Source of the DNA: Thermoanaerobaculia bacterium
GTDB taxonomy: Bacteria; Acidobacteriota; Thermoanaerobaculia; Multivoradales; UBA5704
Reading direction: 5' to 3'
DNA length: 42,195 bases
NCBI GenBank assembly: GCA_036560825.1
Contig: DATBQN010000004.1
Span: forward strand, 1-42,195
Both the position numbers and the translations under genes were made by a program. Shown one piece after another: positions 26,881-33,671 of this stretch. Positions within the stretch are counted from its first letter, which is position 1; each line of letters starts with the position of its first letter. The notes beneath the pieces were generated by a model. That model ran no database searches. It saw only the letters and a program-made list of their open reading frames with translations, and had not been told where the DNA came from.

Positions 26881-27647
26881 CGGCCGATCAGCCCGGCGTC
26901 CACCATCGTCTCGAGGGCCTTCCTGACCGGGGCCGTCGCCTGCTCGTAGGCGCCGCGCGAGGCGACCAGCAGCCCGGCGAGGACGAGCAGCAGGGCGGCG
27001 AGCCAGGGGCGCGGATCAGGAAGGTAGCCGACCGGCTCGCGCGGCTGCTGGCGGGAGTAAGCCTCGGGCGCGATCCGCGGATCGGCCGGCAGCAGCAGGT
27101 CGGGCCGGTGGTGGGCGACCTGGTCGAAGAGCAGGCGGCGGGCGGCCGCGAGCTGCTCCCGGCGCGCCGGGGAGGCGGCGGGCTCCAGGCCGGCGGCGAG
27201 GGCGAGGACGTAGACCTCGGCGAGCGCGGAGCTCGGCGGCTCGGCGTCGAGGAGGTCGTCGATCTGCTGCAGCACGTCCTCGGCGACTCCCGGCGGCCGC
27301 GGGAAGTCCGCGGCGAGCGGCGGCGCGATCCCGCGCCCCCACCAATCGATGCCGTCGAGCGTGACGTCGGCGACCCGCGCCATCAGGAACTGGGCCTGGG
27401 GGAAGTCCGGCGAGCGGGTATCGTAACCATCGCGCAGCGCGTCGGTGGCGTGCCGCCCGAGCGCCGCCGCCAGCCGGTCGCGGATGGCCTGGGGGTCGCG
27501 CGGCAGCTCGGCGGCGTCCGCCGACAGGGCTGCCGCCGTCTCGCTGCCGGCGGCGAGCGCACGGATCTGCCGCTCGATGCGATCGAGCACGCGGAGGAAG
27601 GCGCGGAACTCGCGGGTCAGAAATGGGATGTCGGTGCTGGAAGCCAT
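26877..27647 (-). CDS. tssL: DotU / TssL-family protein, C-terminally membrane-anchored (256 aa)
   Basis: Start taken at MASSTDIPFLTREF (27647). The track ORF extends to 27809 through Arg-rich junk that overlaps the divergent ATPase start. QAQFLMARVADVTLDGIDWWGRG...ALAEVYVLALAAGLEP... fits the DotU core. Single C-terminal TM PWLAALLLVLAGLLVA. 4-nt overlap with the tssM start. Confidence 0.65.
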   Translation of the reverse strand: MASSTDIPFLTREFRAFLRVLDRIERQIRALAAGSETAAALSADAAELPRDPQAIRDRLAAALGRHATDALRDGYDTRSPDFPQAQFLMARVADVTLDGIDWWGRGIAPPLAADFPRPPGVAEDVLQQIDDLLDAEPPSSALAEVYVLALAAGLEPAASPARREQLAAARRLLFDQVAHHRPDLLLPADPRIAPEAYSRQQPREPVGYLPDPRPWLAALLLVLAGLLVASRGAYEQATAPVRKALETMVDAGLIGR

Positions 27648-27761
27648 TGTCGAGCCTCGGGACCGCTCGCCGGGAGAGGCCCGCCTGCGCGTACGGCGAC
27701 GCCGGCGCTCGACAGGACGCGCGAACGGCGTGCCGCTCGAAACGCGATCTCCGATTCGCGG

Positions 27762-27795
27762 AAGGGCTATACTAGCTCCGCTTTCCAAGAGATCC
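27762..27795 (+). promoter_or_regulatory. AT-rich box AAGGG-N1-TATACTA plus leader CAAGAGATCC upstream of the AAA+ ATPase gene (copy 1 of a shared motif)
   Basis: TATACT at 27768-27773 and CAAGAGATCC at 27786-27795, with ATG at 27799. A near-identical arrangement lies upstream of 29905. TATACTA stands out in this GC-rich DNA. Confidence 0.4.
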
Positions 27796-27798
27796 AAG

Positions 27799-29832
27799 AT
27801 GCGCGTCACCCCAGGGCAGCCCGCGTCCGAGGGCGTCGCGAACGACGCCGCTCCAGCATCCGACTACCTCGCCGGCATCGCGCGGGTGCGCGCGGCCCTG
27901 GAGCGCCATGCGAGCCTCGATCCGGAACAGCCGCCGCCCCCCGAGGCGCAGCCGGTGCCGCCGCACCTCCCGGCGACGGGCGGAGACTCCACCCTCGCTT
28001 CCCTCTGCCAGATCTTCGGCCTCTCCCCCTTCGAGAGCGACGTGCTGCTGCTCTGCGCCGGGATGGAGCTCGACGCCACTTTCGCGCCGCTCTGCGGCCG
28101 AGCCCAGGTCGACGCGCGCCGCGAGTATCCGACCTTCGGCCTCGCGCTCGCGGCGCTCCCCGGCGCGAGCTGGCGGGCCCTGCTGCCCGACGCGCCCCTG
28201 CGCTACTGGCAGCTGGTGCGCGTCGCGCCCGGCGGCAGCCTGACCGCGAGCGAGCTCGCCATCGACGAGCGGGTCCTCCACTACCTGCTGGGCCTCGACA
28301 GCCGGGACGAGCGGCTGGCGGGCCTGGTCGAGCTGGTGGCTGACGGCGGCGACCTCGTGCCCTCCCACCGGCGTCTCGCCGAGCGGCTGGCGCGCACCTG
28401 GGAGCGCACCCGCGGCGGCCCCGACTTCCCGGTGGTGGAGCTCTGCGGCGACGACACGCCGGCCAAGTGGGCGCTGGCGACGGCCGCCTGCGGCCTGCTC
28501 GGCTGGCGCCTCTATGCCATGGCCACCGAGGCCCTGCCGGCCGGCGCCGCCGAGCTCGACAGCCTGCTGCGCCTGTGGCACCGCGAGGCTCTCCTCAGCC
28601 GGGCGGCGCTGCTCCTCGCCGGCGACGACCTGCGCCCGGAGGATCCCCAGGAGACCGCGCTGCGGCGCTTCGTCGACCAGGCGCGCGGCGGGCTCATCGT
28701 CGCCCGCCGCCGGCGCCTGTCGCCGCGGCACCGGCCGGTGCTCTCGATCGACGTCGCGAAGCCCGGACTCGACGAGCAGCGCGACGAGTGGCGGCGCCTG
28801 CTGGCGCCGCCCCAGGCGGGGCCCGGCGCCGCGGCGCTCGCCGGCCAGCTCGCCGACCAGGTGGAGGCGCTCGTCGATCACTTCAGCCTGCACGCCGCCG
28901 AGATCCGCAGCGCCTACTTCGAGGCGGCCGGTCGATGGTCCGGCGGCGGCTCGAACGGCGAGGGCGCCGAGGCCCTCGGCGCCGCGCTCTGGGACACCTG
29001 CCGCACCCGCGTCCGTCCCGCCCTCGCCGATCTGGCCGAGCGGCTGGAGCCGCGGGCGGCCTGGGACGATCTCGTCCTCCCGGAGGGCCAGCGGCAGATC
29101 CTGCGCGAGGTCGTCGCCCACGTGCGCCGGCGCGGCCTGGTCTACCGCACCTGGGGCTTCGATCGGAAGACCGCCCGCGGGCATGGCGTCTCCGTCCTCT
29201 TCGGCGGCGCCAGCGGCACCGGCAAGACCCTCGCCGCCGAGGTGCTGGCCGCCGAGCTCGGCCTCGACCTCTACCGCATCGACCTCTCGTCCGTGGTGAG
29301 CAAGTACATCGGCGAGACCGAGAAGAACCTGCAGCGCATCTTCGACGCCGCCGAGGCCGGCGGCACGATCCTCCTCTTCGACGAGGCCGACGCCCTGTTC
29401 GGCAAGCGCAGCGAGGTCAAGGACAGCCACGACCGCTACGCCAACCTGGAGGTGAGCTACCTGCTGCAGCGCATGGAGAGCTACCGCGGCCTCGCCATCC
29501 TCACCAGCAACATGCCCGAGGCCCTGGACTCGGCCTTCAAGCGGCGGCTGCGCTTCATCGTCGAGTTCCCGTTCCCCGACGCGGCCCAGCGCCGCGAGCT
29601 GTGGCGCCGGGTGTTCCCCGCCCCGGTGCCCACCGTGGGGCTCGACTTCGACCGCCTGGCGCGCCTCAACGTCGCCGGCGGGCACGTCCGCAACATCGCC
29701 CTCCACGCCGCCTTCCTGGCCGCCGACGCCGGCCGCACCGTGACCATGCGCGACCTGCTGGCCGCCGCCCGCCGCGAGCTCGCCAAATCGGGCCGGACGC
29801 TGTCGGAGGCGGAGGTGCGGGACTGGATGTGA
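27799..29832 (+). CDS. AAA+ ATPase of the Afp15/Pvc15 (CDC48-like) type, 677 aa
   Basis: GVSVLFGGASGTGKTLAAEVLAAELGLDLYRIDLSSVVSKYIGETEKNLQRIFDAAEAGGTILLFDEADALFGKRSEV..RYANLEVSYLLQRME. Walker A at 29206-29229, Walker B ILLFDEAD. The start at 27799 avoids overlap with tssL. Confidence 0.9.
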   Translation: MRVTPGQPASEGVANDAAPASDYLAGIARVRAALERHASLDPEQPPPPEAQPVPPHLPATGGDSTLASLCQIFGLSPFESDVLLLCAGMELDATFAPLCGRAQVDARREYPTFGLALAALPGASWRALLPDAPLRYWQLVRVAPGGSLTASELAIDERVLHYLLGLDSRDERLAGLVELVADGGDLVPSHRRLAERLARTWERTRGGPDFPVVELCGDDTPAKWALATAACGLLGWRLYAMATEALPAGAAELDSLLRLWHREALLSRAALLLAGDDLRPEDPQETALRRFVDQARGGLIVARRRRLSPRHRPVLSIDVAKPGLDEQRDEWRRLLAPPQAGPGAAALAGQLADQVEALVDHFSLHAAEIRSAYFEAAGRWSGGGSNGEGAEALGAALWDTCRTRVRPALADLAERLEPRAAWDDLVLPEGQRQILREVVAHVRRRGLVYRTWGFDRKTARGHGVSVLFGGASGTGKTLAAEVLAAELGLDLYRIDLSSVVSKYIGETEKNLQRIFDAAEAGGTILLFDEADALFGKRSEVKDSHDRYANLEVSYLLQRMESYRGLAILTSNMPEALDSAFKRRLRFIVEFPFPDAAQRRELWRRVFPAPVPTVGLDFDRLARLNVAGGHVRNIALHAAFLAADAGRTVTMRDLLAAARRELAKSGRTLSEAEVRDWM

Positions 29833-29861
29833 GGCGGGGTTGGGCGCGCCGGCGAGCCCGC

Positions 29862-29901
29862 AAGGGAATATACTAACGCTACGTATCGCAAGAGGAGATC
29901 C
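29862..29901 (+). promoter_or_regulatory. AT-rich box AAGGG-N2-TATACTA plus leader CAAGAGGAGATCC upstream of the DUF4157 gene (copy 2 of the shared motif)
   Basis: TATACT at 29869-29874 and CAAGAGGAGATCC at 29889-29901, with ATG at 29905. Confidence 0.4.
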
Positions 29902-29904
29902 GCC

Positions 29905-30723
29905 ATGAGCAAGCTCACCATCCGGCGCAGGACGATGGAACGAGCCGCGGCGAAGACGTCTTTCCCGAGCCCGCCGGCACCGGCCGCGGCGCGGCGCGAG
30001 GTCGTCCAGCCGGCGGAGGCCCCCGGCGCCCGCCTCCAGCGCGCCGCCCTTCTCGGCCATCGCGCGCAGCGCGTGGCCGCCGGCACGGTGCAGGCCAAGC
30101 TCACCCTGGGGCCGGTGGGGGATAGCTACGAGCAGGAGGCCGACCGCGTCGCGCAGAATGTCATGCACCAGATCTCGTCGCCCGCTCCCGCCGGAGCGGC
30201 CGCGCCGGGCCTCGCCCAGCGCCTGCCGGAGCTCAAGGACGAGGACAAGGACAAGCTCGCCAAGAAGCCGTTGCCCGGCGCCGTCCAAAGGGCGGCTGAC
30301 AAGCCGGAGGAGGACAAACTCCTGGCCAAGCGCCTGCCGGGCGACGTGCAGCGGAGCGCCGAGGACGAGGCGGTGCAGGCCAGCTCGCCCGCCGGCGCCG
30401 AGGGCGGTCCGATCGGCGGCGACCTCGAGCGCTCGATCGAGAGCGCCCGCTCCGGCGGCAGCGCGCTCGACGCCGGCGTCCGCGCGCAGATGGAACCGGC
30501 GATGGGGGCCGACTTCAGCGGCGTCCGCGTCCACGCCGACGCGCGCGCCCACGGCCTCAACGCCGCGCTCCAGGCCCGCGCCTTCACCACCGGGCAGGAC
30601 ATCTTCTTCGGCCGGGGCGAGTACACCCCGGCGAGTGGCAGCGGCCGGGAGCTCCTCGCCCACGAGCTCACCCACGTCGTGCAGCAGAACGGCCCGGCGG
30701 TGGCCAAGAAGCCGCTCGACTAG
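29905..30723 (+). CDS. DUF4157 domain protein (zincin-like HExxH; eCIS-associated family)
   Basis: GPVGDSYEQEADRVA...GGSALDAGVRAQMEPAMGADFSGVRVHADARAHGLNAALQARAFTTGQDIFFGRGEY...LLAHELTHVVQQ is the canonical DUF4157 core. Confidence 0.85.
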   Translation: MSKLTIRRRTMERAAAKTSFPSPPAPAAARREVVQPAEAPGARLQRAALLGHRAQRVAAGTVQAKLTLGPVGDSYEQEADRVAQNVMHQISSPAPAGAAAPGLAQRLPELKDEDKDKLAKKPLPGAVQRAADKPEEDKLLAKRLPGDVQRSAEDEAVQASSPAGAEGGPIGGDLERSIESARSGGSALDAGVRAQMEPAMGADFSGVRVHADARAHGLNAALQARAFTTGQDIFFGRGEYTPASGSGRELLAHELTHVVQQNGPAVAKKPLD

Positions 30724-30740
30724 AACCCCTCCCTGCTTGG

Positions 30741-33008
30741 CTAGGGGCTCACCGGCAGCGGCACGGTGATGGTCTTCGAGGCGCTGCTCGATCCGAAGGC
30801 GTTCTGCGCCGTCAGCTTCACCACGTAGGTGCCCGCCGCGGCGTAGAGGTGGAAGATGGGATCGAGCGTCGGCGATACGGTGCTCGTGCCGTCGCCGAAA
30901 TCCCAGGTCAGGGTCGTCGGCTGCCCTCCGGTGGACCGGTTGATGAACTTGATTTCCAGGGGCTGTCCCGCGACCGTCTCGTAGTCGAAGCTCGCCACCG
31001 GGGGGATGGCGTCCGGCGTGCAGGTCGAGTCGGCCGGCTGGTAGAGGAAGGAGCCCTTGAGCGTGTCGGAGCAGCCGGTGTCGAGGTCGAGGAGCTCGAC
31101 GTCCACCGCCTTGCTGCGGAGCTGGGTGCCGGGCGAGCCGCCGGGGGTGGTGCAGGTCTGCTGGTCGAAGGTGCCGGTGAAGGCCGGCGTCGTGGCCGCG
31201 ACGGCGGCCGGCGGGTTGGGCTGGACGCCGGTGGCGGGCACGCCGCCGAAGAGCACGCGCAGGTTCTCGTTGGAGGGGAACGGGAGGCTGCCGGTGAGCA
31301 TCACCGGCGTCATCCCCGCCGCCGGGCCCGATCCGGGTGTCACCCCGCTGAGCAGCGGCTTGACCACCGAGTAGGTGAACGTCACGCTGCTCGTCGTCGA
31401 TTGTCCGGTGCCGAGGTTGGTGACGGTCACCGGGCCGGACGGCGCCGAGCAGTTGGTGGCCGAGACCGGCGGCACGGTGACGTCGATGCACTGCAGCGAG
31501 GAGTCGGTCGGGCAGAGGTGCTGCCCGACGACGGTCGCCAGCGCCCCGGCCAGGCGCACCTCGACCGGCGAGCCGAAGCCGCGGCCCGAGACGGTGGCGC
31601 TGATCCCCCCCTGGACCGGGGCCGTCCGCGGCTCGACGTCGAGGATGAAGAGGTCGTCGCCGTAGCGGAAGAGGCCCTTGCCGACGCCGAAGAAGCCGGT
31701 GTCGCGGCTGCGCACCAGGACGTCCACCGTCTGGTTCTGCAGCGACTGGCCGAGGCCGGAGGCCGCCGGCGTCCGCACCGTGAGGCTGTTCTGCTGCGCC
31801 GACGCCGCGGTGACCTGCGCCTCGAGGCCGTCGAACTGGCCGGAGGCTCCCTGGAAGCCGAAGAGCACCTGGGCGTTGGCCACGGTGGTGGGGAAGAAGG
31901 AGCCGGCGATCGTCACCGTCTGGCCGCCGGCGTTGGGCCCCGTCGGCGGCGCCACGGAGAAGACCACCGGCCGCTGGATCGGCGTCGTGCCGCTGGTGTA
32001 GGTGAACCCCTCGCTCAGGGTGTCGGACGCCGGGTTCGCCTGGTCGATGCCGGCCGTCACGGTGACGCTCACCGTCAGCGTGGTGTTGGCGGGGACTGCC
32101 TGCGGCGAGCGCGGAGTCTTCACCTGGAGGAGGGTCGGCGAGAGCACCGTCGCCTGCGGGGCGACGACGCCGCCGAAGGTGACGCGCACCGGGGCGACGA
32201 AGCCGCCGCCCTGGATGCTCACCGTGTCTCCCCCCTCCGCCACCCCGGTGTTGGGCGACACGCTGCTCAGGAAGAGCAGGCCGCCCGTCGTGTAGGTGAA
32301 CCCCTGCGGCAGAGTATCGGAGGGCGGGTTGGGCTTGTCGATGGCGCTCGTCACGGTGACGTTCACCGTCATGACGCTGTCGACCGGCTGCGACGAGGGC
32401 GGGGTCACCGCCTGGACGAGAGAGGAGGAGATGAGCGTCACCTTCGGCGAGGCGGCGCTGCCGAAGGTGACGCGCATCGGGGCGACGAAGCCGCCGCCCT
32501 GGATGCTCACCGTGTCCCCTCCCGCCGGCGTGCCGAGCGTCGGCTGGATCGACTGGATGAAGATCGTGCTCTGCCGGATCGGCAGGTTGAGCTGGCCGAC
32601 GCTGGTCTCCACCTGGGCGAGGAGGGTCGCCGTGCCGCTCTCCTGTCCTGCGTAGAGCTTCGCCGTGCCGACCCCGTGGGCGTCGAGCGTCAGCGAGGTG
32701 ACGGTCATCGACTTGGCGGTGCTGAAGCTGCCCAGGCTGGTGCTCAGGCCCGCGGTGGCGCCCGCCGCCGCTCCGCCGTCCGCGACGCGCGTCACGGTCA
32801 CCGTGATGACCGCCGGATCGGGGCTGCCGACGGGCAGCACGTTGGGCGCCGCGGTGATGGTGATGGAGTACGCGCCGCCCCCGGCGGGGGCCGCGGGCTG
32901 CTTCGTCGGCTCGACCGGGTTCGTCTTGCTGCAGGCGCCGAGAAGGGCGGCGGCGAGGAGGAGGGAGCGGAGCGCCAGCGAGGCGGCGAACGGCGTCTTG
33001 GGAGTCAT
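30741..33008 (-). CDS. Lipoprotein with an N-terminal Ig-like region, about five IPT/TIG domains and a C-terminal PKD domain (755 aa)
   Basis: Start at MTPKTPFAASLALRSLLLAAALLGAC (lipobox LLGAC). Repeated P..G...GGDTVSIQGGGFVAP.RVTFG IPT motifs. C-terminal LTWDFGDGTSTVSP...AAGTYVVKLTAQNAFGSSSASKTITV is a PKD domain. The track ORF upstream of 33008 is a shadow extension. Confidence 0.8.
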   Translation of the reverse strand: MTPKTPFAASLALRSLLLAAALLGACSKTNPVEPTKQPAAPAGGGAYSITITAAPNVLPVGSPDPAVITVTVTRVADGGAAAGATAGLSTSLGSFSTAKSMTVTSLTLDAHGVGTAKLYAGQESGTATLLAQVETSVGQLNLPIRQSTIFIQSIQPTLGTPAGGDTVSIQGGGFVAPMRVTFGSAASPKVTLISSSLVQAVTPPSSQPVDSVMTVNVTVTSAIDKPNPPSDTLPQGFTYTTGGLLFLSSVSPNTGVAEGGDTVSIQGGGFVAPVRVTFGGVVAPQATVLSPTLLQVKTPRSPQAVPANTTLTVSVTVTAGIDQANPASDTLSEGFTYTSGTTPIQRPVVFSVAPPTGPNAGGQTVTIAGSFFPTTVANAQVLFGFQGASGQFDGLEAQVTAASAQQNSLTVRTPAASGLGQSLQNQTVDVLVRSRDTGFFGVGKGLFRYGDDLFILDVEPRTAPVQGGISATVSGRGFGSPVEVRLAGALATVVGQHLCPTDSSLQCIDVTVPPVSATNCSAPSGPVTVTNLGTGQSTTSSVTFTYSVVKPLLSGVTPGSGPAAGMTPVMLTGSLPFPSNENLRVLFGGVPATGVQPNPPAAVAATTPAFTGTFDQQTCTTPGGSPGTQLRSKAVDVELLDLDTGCSDTLKGSFLYQPADSTCTPDAIPPVASFDYETVAGQPLEIKFINRSTGGQPTTLTWDFGDGTSTVSPTLDPIFHLYAAAGTYVVKLTAQNAFGSSSASKTITVPLPVSP
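32173..32228 (-). repeat. 56-nt near-identical segment, copy a, marking an in-frame IPT-domain duplication
   Basis: ccgaaggtgacgcgcaccggggcgacgaagccgccgccctggatgctcaccgtgtc differs at one base from 32461-32516. The offset is 288 nt (96 codons). Confidence 0.8.
32461..32516 (-). repeat. 56-nt near-identical segment, copy b, of the IPT-domain duplication
   Basis: See 32173-32228. Confidence 0.8.
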
Positions 33009-33069
33009 GGCAGACCGCTGCCCGGGGTCGGGCGGTTCATCCTGCGTTCGGTCGATCGTGGAAGCATCT

Positions 33070-33098
33070 TTTATAACTTCTCTCCTTGGAATAAGCAA
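33070..33098 (-). promoter_or_regulatory. Sigma70-like promoter for the IPT/PKD lipoprotein gene (-35 TTGCTT, 17-nt spacer, -10 TATAAA on the minus strand)
   Basis: Plus-strand tttata at 33070-33075 and aagcaa at 33093-33098. This is the only AT-rich patch in the 33009-33179 divergent intergenic region. Confidence 0.45.
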
Positions 33099-33179
33099 GC
33101 GCGCCGTTGGCCGCGGCGGGCGGCTCGTGCTAAGGTTCGCCAAAGCTCGATCGACGAACCGCCGCATGAGAGTTGCATC

Positions 33180-33656
33180 GTGACGCAAGGGAAGACGTCC
33201 GTCCGGGTACACCGCCTCGCGGCCCTCGCCGCCCTCCTCGTCGCCGCGGGCTGCGGGACGACGCGCTCGTTCTTCGGCGGCGAGCTCGCCGCCGCGATCT
33301 ACACCGCCCCCGCGCTCAACCAGAACAGCCCCGTGCAGCTCGAGCTGCTGGTGATCTACGACGATCAGCTCCTGCAGCAGGTGACCTCCCTGACCGCCCA
33401 GCAGTGGTTCGCCCAGCGCGAGCAGATCCTGCGCGACCACGCGGCCAAGAAGTCCCTCGTCTCCCGCTACTGGGAGCTGGTGCCCGGGCAGCCGGCGATC
33501 GAGGAGCGGGTCTCCTTCGACGTCGGGGCGCGGGCGGCGGTGGTCTTCGCCAACTACGCTTCGGCGGGGGCGCACCGCCTGCGCATGGACCCCCACCAGG
33601 ACGTCGTCATCCATCTCGGCGATTCCGACGTCTCGTCGAGCCCGGCCGCGAACTAG
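33180..33656 (+). CDS. SciN/TssJ-like lipoprotein (158 aa), tentative
   Basis: GTG start at 33180 (the only start codon ahead of the signal peptide in this frame). Signal/lipobox RLAALAALLVAAGC. The mature part ...APALNQNSPVQLELLVIYDD...ELVPGQP...ARAAVVFANYASAGAHRLRMDP follows the TssJ pattern (LNPD..SPV..V..L...PG....YVGVVAAYRD..W) as I remember it. Confidence 0.5.
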   Translation: MTQGKTSVRVHRLAALAALLVAAGCGTTRSFFGGELAAAIYTAPALNQNSPVQLELLVIYDDQLLQQVTSLTAQQWFAQREQILRDHAAKKSLVSRYWELVPGQPAIEERVSFDVGARAAVVFANYASAGAHRLRMDPHQDVVIHLGDSDVSSSPAAN

Positions 33657-33671
33657 CTCCGAGGTGCCCGG

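Noticed and set aside
22385-26949. ORFs 22385-25699 (-) and 23218-26949 (+) overlapping tssM
   Set aside because: The 22492-26880 minus frame carries the unmistakable IcmF/TssM P-loop region and TM segments. The alternatives are Arg/Pro/Gly-rich shadows.
27772-31491. 1239-aa minus-strand ORF across the ATPase, DUF4157 and IPT genes
   Set aside because: Antisense to an AAA+ ATPase and a DUF4157 protein with canonical motifs. Junk composition.
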